NCBI GenBank assembly: GCA_963764225.1
Contig: CAVXRL010000008.1
Span: 255,304-319,303 of the forward strand
DNA: 64,000 nucleotides
DNA from: an uncultured Actinomycetes bacterium
GTDB lineage: Bacteria > Actinomycetota > Thermoleophilia > UBA2241
Reading direction: 5' to 3'
Shown: positions 8,820-19,912 of the stretch, piece after piece
How positions within the stretch are numbered: position 1 is the first letter of the stretch
Layout of the letters: every line of letters begins with the position of its first letter
Position numbers and translations under genes: made by a program
The notes under the pieces: generated by a model
Told to the model about the DNA's origin: nothing
Seen by the model: the letters and a program-made list of their open reading frames with translations, nothing else
The model's database searches: none

Positions 8820-10244
8820 ATGACGGAGATGCTTCGCAACGAGGGATTGAAGCGCGTACGGATGCGGCTGATCACCGCAGTCGTGTTCGTGTTCACCCTG
8901 ACGTGCTCGGGATCGTTCGGTATGGAGGACGTGGTCTCGTCTTCCGGCCCGGGACTCACGCTGATCATGATCCTCGTGCTTCCGCTGATCTGGAGTGTGC
9001 CGCTCGCCTTCGTCTCCTCGGAGCTTTCGGCGATGATCCCGGAGGCCGGCGGCCTGTACCGCTGGATCCGCCGCGGCATGGGCGAGTACTGGAGCTTCCA
9101 GGCGGGCTGGTGGTGGACGCTTTCGCTCTACGTCGACTCCGCCGTGTACGTCGCCATGGCCCTCGACTACATGCAGAACCAGTGGGGGTTCGGCGCCGCC
9201 GAGCGAGCCGCGATCGGCATCGCCATCGTCGCGGTCTTCACGTTCATCAACATCAGGGGCCTCGACCTCACGGGATGGGCGCTCATCGTCATCCAGGTCG
9301 TGGTCCTGGTGCCGCTCCTCATCTTCACCGTCTATGGGGTGTTCAAGGGGGCGGGCAACTCCTTCTCGCCGGTCATCGCGCCGGGTGAGAGCGTGCTCAC
9401 CTCGCTCAACCTGGGACTCGCGATCATGATGTGGATGTACTCCGGCTGGGAGTCCATCGGCACGCTCGCCGGCGAGATCGAAGAGCCGCAGCGCGTCATC
9501 CCGCGGGCCCTGCTCATCACCACCCCCATCGTCATCTTCGTGTACATCGTCACGGTGTGGGCCTCCATCCGCATCGCGCGCGTGGACGGCCCGGACAACT
9601 GGATGAACATGTGGACCGGCGGCGGCGGGGTGGACTTCGTCCAGGCGGCCAAGCTGGTCGGCGGCAACGTCCTGCTCTACCTGGTGCTGGTCTCCGCCAT
9701 CTTCTCGAACATCGGCCTGTTCGCCGGCTACCTGGCCACCGGCGCCCGGCCGGCGTTCCAGATGGCGCGCGACCGCCTGTTCCCGCGGTTCATCGGCCGG
9801 ACGCACCAGAGCTGGGGCACGCCGTGGGTCTCGATCCTCATCATGGGCATCATCGACGGCGTGCTGATCAACTTCAATTTCAGCGCGCTCATCACCATCG
9901 ACGTGTTCCTGCTCATGTTCCCGTACGTGCTCATCTACCTGACCGCGATGATCCTGCGCATCAAGGAGCCCGACGCGCCCCGGCCGTTCCGCGTGCCGCT
10001 GCCCACCTGGGCGCTGGGGGTGTGGGTCTTCTTCCCGATCGCGATCGCCATCCTCGCCCTGTTCGTCAACGGTACCGACTGGATGATCGGCGGTCTTGCC
10101 GCGGTGCTCACCGGGCCGATCGCCTACCTCATCTTCAAGAGCTTCTACAAGGGCACCACGGACGAGGCGCTCGAGGGGTCGACGATCACGCCTGAGGGCG
10201 AGCTCACCGCCTTCGGCGCCGAGATCGAGGGGAGGATGGCATGA
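8820..10244 (+). CDS. APC-family amino acid permease
   Basis: 474-aa polytopic membrane protein with an APC-like N-terminal region (SELSAMIPEAGGLYRW). Confidence 0.7.
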   Translation: MTEMLRNEGLKRVRMRLITAVVFVFTLTCSGSFGMEDVVSSSGPGLTLIMILVLPLIWSVPLAFVSSELSAMIPEAGGLYRWIRRGMGEYWSFQAGWWWTLSLYVDSAVYVAMALDYMQNQWGFGAAERAAIGIAIVAVFTFINIRGLDLTGWALIVIQVVVLVPLLIFTVYGVFKGAGNSFSPVIAPGESVLTSLNLGLAIMMWMYSGWESIGTLAGEIEEPQRVIPRALLITTPIVIFVYIVTVWASIRIARVDGPDNWMNMWTGGGGVDFVQAAKLVGGNVLLYLVLVSAIFSNIGLFAGYLATGARPAFQMARDRLFPRFIGRTHQSWGTPWVSILIMGIIDGVLINFNFSALITIDVFLLMFPYVLIYLTAMILRIKEPDAPRPFRVPLPTWALGVWVFFPIAIAILALFVNGTDWMIGGLAAVLTGPIAYLIFKSFYKGTTDEALEGSTITPEGELTAFGAEIEGRMA

Positions 10245-10711
10245 GCAGCCGGACCGCTGCGCGCATCGCCGCCGTCGTCGGCATCCTCGCTGGCCTCACC
10301 GCGATCGGCGGCGGCCTCTACGCGCACTTCCAGAGCCCGCAGCCGGTGTTCGGCATCCCGGGCTTCCTGTTCGTGTACAGCGACTACCTCTCCGGCGTGC
10401 ACCAGCTCGTGGGACTCGGCGTCATCATGGTCATCGGCGGCCTGCTGGCCTTCAAGTGGCCGGCGCTGGGCGTCAGCATCGTCTGCGCCGGCGCCATGTT
10501 CGGCCTCATCGCCACCTACGACAAGGGCCGGCCGCCGTTCATGGGCGACGAGCTCCGCACACGCTGGATGCCGTACTTCTACTACTGGGCGGCGCCGTGG
10601 GTGCTCGCCTGGATCTCCGGCATCTTCGGCGGCCTCTCGCTGCAGAAGTCGGTCAAGCAGTACGACTACGCCGCCGACATCGACAACGTGCGCACGCCGC
10701 AGGCGAGCTGA
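10241..10711 (+). CDS. small integral membrane protein (4 predicted TM helices), function unknown
   Basis: ATGA-coupled to the permease. Hydrophobic segments and GC3-biased codons. Confidence 0.5.
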   Translation: MSSRTAARIAAVVGILAGLTAIGGGLYAHFQSPQPVFGIPGFLFVYSDYLSGVHQLVGLGVIMVIGGLLAFKWPALGVSIVCAGAMFGLIATYDKGRPPFMGDELRTRWMPYFYYWAAPWVLAWISGIFGGLSLQKSVKQYDYAADIDNVRTPQAS

Positions 10712-10770
10712 GCGCGGGGCGCCGGCGACGGGGGCGGGACTGCCTGCGGCGGTCCCGCCCCCGTCGCGTA
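10712..10770. terminator. GC-rich nested palindrome between convergent genes (bidirectional terminator candidate)
   Basis: GCGCGGGGCGCCGGCGACGGGGGCGGGAC-tgcctgcggcg-GTCCCGCCCCCGTCGCGTACGCGCCCCGCGC. No U-tract, as is usual for actinobacterial terminators. Confidence 0.45.
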
Positions 10771-10819
10771 CGCGCCCCGCGCGGCTGCGCCCGGTCTCTC
10801 CGCTCCGGGCAGCCGCGGG

Positions 10820-11257
10820 TCAGGTCTCGAGCAGGATCGTCACCGGGCCGTCGTTGACCAGCTCGACCTGCATGTGCGCGCCGAACACGCCGGTCTCGAC
10901 CGGCACGCCTTCGGCGCGCAGCGCGCGGACGTAGGCCTCGTACACGGCGGCGCCGCGCCCCGGCGGGGCGGCGCCGGTGAAGCTCGGCCGGTTGCCGCGC
11001 CGCGTGTCGGCGTACAGCGTGAACTGGGAGACGGCGAGCACGGCGCCGCCGACGTCACCCAGCGCCAGGTTCATGAGCCCGGCGCCGTCGGCGAACACGC
11101 GCAGCCGCGCCGTCTTGGCGGCGAGCTTGCGGGCCGCGGCCTCGTCGTCCTCGTGGCCGACGCCCACGAGGGCGAGGAACCCGTGGCCCACCGCGCCGCG
11201 CTCCACGCCGTCCACGCTGACGGCGGCGCGGCTCACGCGCTGCAGCACCACCCTCAC
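10820..11257 (-). CDS. dtd: D-aminoacyl-tRNA deacylase
   Basis: [11 protein letters not shown]...SQFTLYAD...GNRPSF motifs, 145 aa. Confidence 0.85.
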   Translation of the reverse strand: MRVVLQRVSRAAVSVDGVERGAVGHGFLALVGVGHEDDEAAARKLAAKTARLRVFADGAGLMNLALGDVGGAVLAVSQFTLYADTRRGNRPSFTGAAPPGRGAAVYEAYVRALRAEGVPVETGVFGAHMQVELVNDGPVTILLET

Positions 11258-11445
11258 GAGGCGCCGTCCCTGTCCCTGTTCATCGCTGCATTCTAGTCGC
11301 GTGCACTCCCGCCGGCTACTGACGGCGGCACTCGCGTGCCTGGGCTGATAACCTGCTGCCGGCCGCGAATGAGCCGAAAAAGACCTGCAAAAAGGTCACC
11401 TCCTTCTCCTCCGCTCCCGACGAGCGCGGCTTTTGCCTCACTGGT

Positions 11446-11474
11446 TTGACATGACCCGGTAGCGGCCATACCAT
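11446..11474 (+). promoter_or_regulatory. sigma-70-like promoter for groES (TTGACA-17 nt-TACCAT)
   Basis: Perfect -35 hexamer with a 17-nt spacer and a -10-like TACCAT, lying directly upstream of CIRCE. Confidence 0.4.
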
Positions 11475-11489
11475 AGCGAGCTGCGTGGA

Positions 11490-11516
11490 TTAGCACTCTC
11501 TCCCCGAGAGTGCCAG
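11490..11516 (+). promoter_or_regulatory. CIRCE element (HrcA operator) upstream of groES
   Basis: TTAGCACTC-N9-GAGTGCCAG against the consensus TTAGCACTC-N9-GAGTGCTAA: left arm perfect, right arm 7/9. Confidence 0.7.
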
Positions 11517-11565
11517 ATTCAAGTCCGAGAGAAACCACGGTGTACACACCAAGGAGGGTTGCTGC

Positions 11566-11862
11566 ATGAAGCTCAAGCCGCTCGAAGACCGCGTGATCAT
11601 CAAGGCGGTCCAGGAAGAGGAGAAGACCGCCAGCGGCATCGTTCTCCCCGACACGGCCAAAGAGAAGCCGATGATCGGTGAGGTCGTGGCTGCGGGCGAC
11701 GGCAAGTGGGACGAGGCCGGCAAGAGCCGTATTCCCATGGACGTCAAGAAGGGCGACAAGGTCATCTACGGTAAGTACGCGGGCACCGAGTACAAGACCA
11801 CCGATGGTGACGAACTGCTGATTCTGCGCGCCAGTGAGATCCTGGCCGTAGTCGCAAAATAA
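11566..11862 (+). CDS. groES: co-chaperonin GroES
   Basis: [13 protein letters not shown]...[12 protein letters not shown] sequence, with an AAGGAGGG RBS. Confidence 0.95.
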   Translation: MKLKPLEDRVIIKAVQEEEKTASGIVLPDTAKEKPMIGEVVAAGDGKWDEAGKSRIPMDVKKGDKVIYGKYAGTEYKTTDGDELLILRASEILAVVAK

Positions 11863-11875
11863 GAGGGGAGGCTGA

Positions 11876-13516
<1,641 letters not shown>

Positions 13517-13589
13517 TCCGATCGGCTTGGAGCATCGGCTAGAAGCTTTGCCTTGCGGCGAGCTTTGATCGCCCGACTCTCGCGAGTCA

Positions 13590-13652
13590 TACGAAAGAGC
13601 TAGCCTCTTTCGCGTCCGGCAAGGCCGGCGGTGCGCAAGCGCCGCCGGCCTT
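13590..13652 (+). terminator. two hairpins downstream of groEL (CGAAAGAG-ctagc-CTCTTTCG and AAGGCCGGCGG-N10-CCGCCGGCCTT)
   Basis: Inverted repeats read directly. No U-tract. Confidence 0.3.
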
Positions 13653-13924
13653 CGCCGTTCCCGGCCTCGGCCCGTCGGCCCGGCGCACGGGGGTTCTGCC
13701 GACGCCGGGCCTCATGGGCTTGGGCGCGGACGCCCGAAACGACAGCTCTCCGCCGCACGACGCTGCATTCAGTGTGGGGCAATGAGCGGGACAAGGTCCG
13801 GTGGTGTTCGCGGCGGACTGCTTCTTGACGCCGCCCTCGTTCGCTCGGTAGCGTGCGCGCACACACGGAGCGCCGCCACTAGGGAGATGAGGCGCCGCCG
13901 GACCAAGCGGCGCGGGGGGATCAC

Positions 13925-14761
13925 ATGAGCGGTCCAGGCAACGGCGGCAGAGTGAGCGCGCCCGTCTCTCTGCCGGGCGACTACCACGTCCACACGGAGT
14001 GGTCCGACGGCCGGGGCACGGTCGAGGAGGTCGTGCGCCGGGCGGCGGAGCTCGGCCTCCCCGAGATCGCCGTCACCGAGCACTTCACGCCGTCACCGGG
14101 CGCGGACGAGGACTGGTGGCTGCGGCCCGAGGAGCTCGGCGCCTACGTCGCCGACGTGCGGGCCGCGGCCGAACGGCACGACGACGTCAGGGTGCTGCTC
14201 GGCGTCGAGGCGGAGTACGAGGTGGGGCGCGAGGTCGAGCTGGAGGAGCGCCTCTCGGCCTGGCCGTTCGAGGTGGTCGTGCTCGGTATCCACGTCGTGG
14301 ACGGGTTCACCTTCGACGACCCATCCCTGCGCGAGGACCCGCGCTGGGACGACCCGGACGCCCTGTTCGCCGCCTACTACCGCACCGCGCGGCAGGCGGC
14401 GGAGTGGGGCGGGTTCGACATCCTCGCGCACCTGGACTACATCGGGCTCTGGGGGCACCGGCCCGGCCCGTCCGCGCTCACGGAGATCGAGGAGGCGCTG
14501 GACGCCCTGGCGGCGTCCGGCGCCGCCGTCGAGCTGAACACCGACCGGTTCAGCGACCCGGCCGGCGTGATGTACCCGTCCGTGGACATCCTCCGGAGCA
14601 CGCGCGCCCGTGGGATCCCGCTCACGATCGGCTCCGACGCGCACGAGGTCGAACAGGTCGGGCGCGCCTGGGACGAGGCCATCGCTCACGCCCGCGCGGC
14701 CGGCTACCGCGAGACGTTGCGGTTGTCCGACAGGGAGCTCGTCCCGCTGCCGGAGGTCTGA
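13925..14761 (+). CDS. PHP-domain (histidinol-phosphatase family) metal-dependent phosphoesterase
   Basis: YHVHTEWSDG and EHF motifs with a His/Asp-rich PHP signature. Confidence 0.7.
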   Translation: MSGPGNGGRVSAPVSLPGDYHVHTEWSDGRGTVEEVVRRAAELGLPEIAVTEHFTPSPGADEDWWLRPEELGAYVADVRAAAERHDDVRVLLGVEAEYEVGREVELEERLSAWPFEVVVLGIHVVDGFTFDDPSLREDPRWDDPDALFAAYYRTARQAAEWGGFDILAHLDYIGLWGHRPGPSALTEIEEALDALAASGAAVELNTDRFSDPAGVMYPSVDILRSTRARGIPLTIGSDAHEVEQVGRAWDEAIAHARAAGYRETLRLSDRELVPLPEV

Positions 14762-14833
14762 CGGCCGTGCGCGGCGCGGTCCGTAGTATCGTTGCGCCCA
14801 GGTGAGTCAGGGCATCCGTGACGGGGGTGGACG

Positions 14834-16277
14834 GTGGAGACGTGCAAGATCCTGATCGGCGGCGACTGGGTAGCGGCAAGCGACCACGCCACCTTCGAGA
14901 CGAGGTCCCCGGCCGACCCGGCTGAAGTCCTCGCGGTGTTCCCGTCGGCGACCGCCGCCGACGCGGCGCAGGCGGCCGCCGCCGCCGCCGAGGCGTTCCC
15001 GGCCTGGCGGGCGACGCCGGCGCCGGCCCGCGGCGCCATCCTCTTCAAGGCGGCCGAACTGCTCACCGAGCGCCTGGACGAGGTCGCGCGCACGCTCACG
15101 CGGGAGGAGGGCAAGACGCTCGCCGAGGCCACCGGCGAGGTGCTCCGCGCGCGCGACATCCTCCGGTACTTCGCCGGCGAGGGCTGGCGGATGGGCGGCG
15201 ACGTCCTGCCGCCCAACGCGCCGGACGCGATGCTCTTCAGCCGCCGCGAGCCGCTCGGAGTGGTCGCCGCCATCACCCCGTGGAACTTCCCGATCGCCAT
15301 CCCGGCCTGGAAGCTGGCTCCGGCGCTCGTCTACGGCAACACCGTGGTCTTCAAGCCCGCATCGGACACGCCGCTCACCGCCCTTCGCCTGGTCGAGTGC
15401 CTCGTGGAGGCGGGCCTGCCCGACGGGGTGCTCAACTTCGTCACCGGCTCGGGAGCGGTCGTGGGAGGCGGCGTTCGCCGGCGATCCCGTGGTGCAGGGC
15501 CTCACCTTCACCGGGTCACGAGCCACCGGCTCGGACATCTACCCGCGCGCGGCCGGCCACGCCGCGCGCGTGCAGCTCGAGATGGGCGGCAAGAACCCCA
15601 CGATCGTCCTCGACGACGCCGACGTCGGCCTGGCCGTCAAGCTGGCCGTCCAGGGCGGCTTCGCGCTCACCGGCCAGAGTTGCACCGCCACCAGCCGCGT
15701 GATCGTCGAGGAGGGCATCGCCGACCGCTTCGCCGCCGCGCTGGCCGAGGCCGCCAACGCCCTCAACGTGGGCGACGGCCTCGACCAGGGGGTGCAGATG
15801 GGCCCCGCCGTGAGCGCGGCCCAGCTGGCCACCGACCTGGACTACGTGCGCGTCGGCGAGGAGGAGGGCGCGGACCTGCTGGCCGGAGGCGCCCGGGCCG
15901 GCGAGCGCGGCCACTACCTGCGCCCCACGGTGTTCGACGGCGTAGAGGTGCACAGCCGGCTCGCGCAGGAGGAGATCTTCGGGCCGCTGATCGGGATCAT
16001 CCGCGCCGCCGACGTCGACGACGCGATCTTCAAGGCCAACGCCGTCGGCTACGGGCTCGCGGCGAGCGTCGTGACCAACGACCTGCGCCGCGCGCTCACG
16101 TTCGTCGACCGTATCGAGGCCGGCGTCGTCAAGGTCAACGAGCCGACCACGGGCCTCGCGCTGCAGGCGCCCTTCGGCGGCTTCAAGCAGTCGAGCGCCA
16201 ACACCTTCAAGGAGCAGGGCCCGTCCGCGGTCGACTTCTACACGCGCACCAAGACGGTCTACATCAGCTACGGTTGA
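14834..16277 (+). pseudogene. NAD(P)-dependent aldehyde dehydrogenase, interrupted by a -1 frameshift near 15465 (G-run)
   Basis: N-terminal part reads in the frame of ORF 14834 (…ITPWNFP…VLNFVTGSGAVVG). C-terminal part reads in the frame of ORF 15489 (EAAFAGDPVVQGLTFTGS…EMGGKNP…SCTATSR…EEIFGPL). The two frames meet at gtgggaggcg. Confidence 0.7.
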
Positions 16278-16345
16278 GGCTGCGTGCCCAACCCGGGCTA
16301 CGCGGAGGTCTGTAGCCGCCGCACCCTCGGGGGTACAGTACGACC

Positions 16346-16585
16346 ATGGCCGCCGACCCGGCACAAGGCAAGCACATCCTGTTCGTCACAGGTCCTCAGC
16401 GCGAGGCGCTCTACGAGCACTTCTCCGCGCTGTTCCTCGGACGGGACGACGTGGAGGTCCGGATGGACCGCCGCGTCGCCGAGCGCCGGCGCTCGGCGCG
16501 GTCGCCGGTCGCCGGCGAGCGCCGCCGGCAGGAGCGCCGCCGGCGGCCGCCGGAGTGGATCGTCCCGCCCGGCGGCGGCATCTGA
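16346..16585 (+). CDS. hypothetical small protein with poly-Arg C-terminus
   Basis: 79-aa ORF with GC3-biased codons in an otherwise non-coding gap upstream of the methyltransferase operon. No recognisable domain. Confidence 0.3.
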   Translation: MAADPAQGKHILFVTGPQREALYEHFSALFLGRDDVEVRMDRRVAERRRSARSPVAGERRRQERRRRPPEWIVPPGGGI

Positions 16586-16734
16586 CCGTCTCCAGCGGCG
16601 CCGCCGCGCTGGTTCCTCAGTGCACAAGCCTTCGCAATTACCGGCGTAGCGGGGCCAAGAGGCGGTGCGCCGCAGGCACGCCGCCTATATACTCTGCACG
16701 TCCGTCCCGGGTAATCGTCGTGGAGGTTGTTGAG

Positions 16735-17538
16735 ATGCTGTTGATGGGTGAATCGATCAACGGGACGCGCAAGCAGGTCGCCGAGGCGATCCAGGCGCGT
16801 GATGCCGAGTTCATCAAGACTCTGGCCAAAGATCAGATCGAGGCAGGCGCGGGCCTGATCGACGTCAACGGCGGCGTCGCCGGCGGCGACGAGGTCGCGG
16901 ACCTCCTGTGGCTCATCGAGGTCGTCATGGGCGTCACCGACATCCAGCTCATGGTGGACTCCGCCAACCCCAAGGCGCTCGACGCCGGCGTGCAGGCCAT
17001 CATCGACGCCGGCGGCAAGGTGCCGTTCATCAACTCGATCAGCGGCGAGCAGCCGCGCATCGACGCGGTGCTGCCGCTCGTGGAGAAGCACAAGTGCCCC
17101 GTCGTCGGCCTCTGCCTCAGTGACGAGGGCATCCCGCCGACCGCCGAGGACCGCTTCGCGGTCGCCAAGCAGATCTACGACCTCTGCACCGAGGCCGGCC
17201 TGCCGGCCGAGGACCTCTGGATCGACCCGCTGGTCATGGCCGTCTCGGCCGACCCCAGCGCTCCCGGCGTCACCATGGAGACCCTCAGGCTGGTCAAGGA
17301 CCGCCTGCCCTCGAAGACCACCGGCGGGCTCAGCAACGTCAGCTTCGGCCTGCCGAACCGCGCGCTGCTCAACCGCACCTTCGTGGCCATGTGTGCCGGC
17401 CTCGGCCTCGACGGGCTGATCGTCGACGTGCGCAACAAGCAGATGATGGCCACCATCAAGTCGATCGAGGCGCTCCGCGGCGAGGACAACTTCTGCGGCT
17501 CGTACCTCAAGGCTCACCGCGCCGGCATCCTGGAGTAG
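16735..17538 (+). CDS. pterin-binding methyltransferase, AcsE/MtrH/MtgA-like (methyl-THF:corrinoid or methylcorrinoid:THF methyltransferase)
   Basis: MLLMGESINGTRK...DVNGG...INSISGE...GLSNVSFGLPNR, collinear with Moorella AcsE (MLIIGERINGMF...LGLSNVSQN...). GGAGG RBS. TATATACT -10-like box ~45 nt upstream. Confidence 0.75.
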   Translation: MLLMGESINGTRKQVAEAIQARDAEFIKTLAKDQIEAGAGLIDVNGGVAGGDEVADLLWLIEVVMGVTDIQLMVDSANPKALDAGVQAIIDAGGKVPFINSISGEQPRIDAVLPLVEKHKCPVVGLCLSDEGIPPTAEDRFAVAKQIYDLCTEAGLPAEDLWIDPLVMAVSADPSAPGVTMETLRLVKDRLPSKTTGGLSNVSFGLPNRALLNRTFVAMCAGLGLDGLIVDVRNKQMMATIKSIEALRGEDNFCGSYLKAHRAGILE

Positions 17539-17549
17539 GGAGCGGCAGC

Positions 17550-18662
17550 GTGAGCGCGCCTGAGCGCTGCCGCCTGCGCGACCTCGGAGTCGCCGTCGGC
17601 ACGCTGCCGGCCGGGCCGCTCAACGCCATCACCGACGTGCCGGGCGTGCGCGTCGGTCACTGCACGGTCTCGTGGGGCGGGCCCGATCTGCCGCAGGGCA
17701 GCGGGCCCGCCCGCACGGGAGTCACAGCCCTCTTCCCGCACGACGGCGACCTGTGGAACGGCCGCGTCGTCGCCGGCGCCCACGCCGCCAACGGGGTGGG
17801 CGAGCTCATCGGCATCAGCGCCATCCGGGAGTGGGGCCTCATCGAGACCCCCATCCTGCTCACCAACTCCCAGAGCGCCGGCGCCGTCTACGACGCCACG
17901 GTCCGCTGGCTCCTTGAGCGCAACCCTCGGGCGGGCATCGACGACGCCGTCATGCCCGTGGTGGGCGAGTGCGACGACGGGTCCCTCAACGACCTGCGCG
18001 GCATGCACGTGCAGCCGGAGCACGTGTGGGCCGCTCTCGAGTCTGCCGCGCCCGGTCCCGTGGAAGAGGGCTGCGTCGGGGCCGGCACCGGCATGTCGTG
18101 CTACGAGTTCAAGGCGGGCATCGGCACCTCGTCCCGCCTCGTCACCGCTCACGGCCGGCAGTACACCGTGGGCGTGCTGGCGCTGGCCAACTTCGGCGTG
18201 CGCCACCGCCTGCTGGTGGACGGCGTGCCGGTCGGGCGTGAGATCACGGACCTCCTGCCGGTGGAGGACCGCGAGGGCTCGTGCATCGTGGTGCTGGCCA
18301 CCGACGCTCCGCTCAGCGCGCGCCAGTGCGCGCGCATGGCCAGGCGCTGCTCGCTCGGGCTGGCGGCGACCGGCTCCTACGCCTCGGACGGCAGCGGCGA
18401 GATCATGGTGGCGTTCTCCACGGCCGCGCGCGTCCCGCGCGCTTCGGCGGAGCCGCTCGTGCTGACCACGGTGGGCAACGACCAGATGTACGGACTCTTC
18501 GAGGCCGCGGTGGACGCAACGGCCGAGAGCGTGTGCAACTCGCTCACGGCCGCGACCACCACGGTCGGGCGCGCCGGCAACACGGTCCACGCGCTGCCGC
18601 TGGACCGCCTCGTGGAGGCGCTGCGGCGCGCCGGCCGCCAGGCGCAGCTGCCCGGAGCCTGA
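17550..18662 (+). CDS. P1-family peptidase (DmpA/L-aminopeptidase D-Ala-esterase/amidase-like, S58)
   Basis: GVRVGHCT, LLTNSQSAGAVYDA and GAGTGMSCYEFKAGIGTSSR motifs. GTG start 11 nt after the previous stop. Confidence 0.75.
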   Translation: MSAPERCRLRDLGVAVGTLPAGPLNAITDVPGVRVGHCTVSWGGPDLPQGSGPARTGVTALFPHDGDLWNGRVVAGAHAANGVGELIGISAIREWGLIETPILLTNSQSAGAVYDATVRWLLERNPRAGIDDAVMPVVGECDDGSLNDLRGMHVQPEHVWAALESAAPGPVEEGCVGAGTGMSCYEFKAGIGTSSRLVTAHGRQYTVGVLALANFGVRHRLLVDGVPVGREITDLLPVEDREGSCIVVLATDAPLSARQCARMARRCSLGLAATGSYASDGSGEIMVAFSTAARVPRASAEPLVLTTVGNDQMYGLFEAAVDATAESVCNSLTAATTTVGRAGNTVHALPLDRLVEALRRAGRQAQLPGA

Positions 18663-18928
18663 GCCGCCACGAGCGTGCGAGCCCGCCCGCCCCGAGTCTG
18701 AGCCGCGCGGCGAGCGCTGCTCCGGGCTCGGACGCGCCTTGCCGCGTCAGGCCTTGCCGCATATCCTGACCCTCTCATCGACGGAACCGGGGGCGGCCAC
18801 CGTCTAACCACCCGAGGCTCTCTCCGGAGACGTCCGCCGGCGGCGCCGCCGCCGGCGACATCAGGGGTCCGGCAACCACGGATGCGAGAAGGGGGTAAGG
18901 GTCCGCGAGACGCCCGTCCCGGGCGCCG

Positions 18929-19912
18929 GTGACCCGCCATGCTGTGGACAAACGCAGGTACTTCATTCGCAAGGTGCTGAACGCGGTGCTCACGATCGTC
19001 CTCGTGGCCTCGTTCAACTTCGCGCTCTTCCGCATCCTCCCGGGCGACCCTGCCCGGCTGCTCCTGCCCAAGGGCAAGACCGACCCGTCGGTCATCGAGA
19101 AGCAGCGCAAGGTGTTCAACCTCGACAAGCCGATGTGGCAGCAGTTCATCTTCTACTGGCGCGACACCGTCAAGGGCGAGTTCGGCATGTCGTTCGCCGA
19201 GAAGCGCCCCGTGACCGAGGTCGTCGCCGAGCGTATCTGGCCCACCGTCCTGCTCGTGGGGGTGGGCACTGTCTTCGCCACCGTCATCGGCATGATCACC
19301 GGGGTGTTCGCGGGGTGGAGACGCAACGGCACCTACGACGTCGTCACTACCAACTTAGGGATGATCCTGTACGCCATGCCGACCTTCTGGTTCGGCCTCC
19401 TGATGATCATGTTGTTCGCCACCAAGCTCCGCTGGTTCCCCACGGGGCGCATGGAGGAGCCCGGCGTGGAGCTGAGCGGCTTCGCGGCGTTCCAGTCGCT
19501 GGCGAAGCACCTGTTCCTGCCGGCGTTCACCTTCGCCATCGCCTACGTGGGTGAGTACCACCTCATCATGCGGAGCTCCATCACCGGGGTGATGAAGGAG
19601 GACTTCACGCTCACGGCCCGCGCCAAGGGCCTCAGCGAGAACTCCGTCCTCTGGAAGCACGTCGTGCCCAACGCCATGTTGCCGACGGTCACCATCGTCA
19701 TGATGAACCTCGGCTTCGTGATGTCCGGCGCCATCCTCGCCGAGAGCGTGTTCAACTGGCCGGGGCTGGGGCTGCTGTCCTACGACTCGATGCAGAAGCG
19801 CGACTATCCGGTCATGCAGGCGGTGTTCCTCATCGCCAGCATCGCCGTGATCGTCGCCAACCTCATCGCCGACATCATGTACTACTACCTCGACCCGCGG
19901 GTGCAGGCATGA
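18929..19912 (+). CDS. ABC transporter permease (DppB/OppB family)
   Basis: FRILPGDPAR and the EAA-loop region, six TM helices. Confidence 0.8.
   Translation: MTRHAVDKRRYFIRKVLNAVLTIVLVASFNFALFRILPGDPARLLLPKGKTDPSVIEKQRKVFNLDKPMWQQFIFYWRDTVKGEFGMSFAEKRPVTEVVAERIWPTVLLVGVGTVFATVIGMITGVFAGWRRNGTYDVVTTNLGMILYAMPTFWFGLLMIMLFATKLRWFPTGRMEEPGVELSGFAAFQSLAKHLFLPAFTFAIAYVGEYHLIMRSSITGVMKEDFTLTARAKGLSENSVLWKHVVPNAMLPTVTIVMMNLGFVMSGAILAESVFNWPGLGLLSYDSMQKRDYPVMQAVFLIASIAVIVANLIADIMYYYLDPRVQA

Noticed and set aside
16346-16585. Small ORF as the missing corrinoid-binding partner of the MttB-like enzyme
   Set aside because: It has no DxHxxG...SxL...GG B12-binding motif, and it is too small and too Arg-rich.
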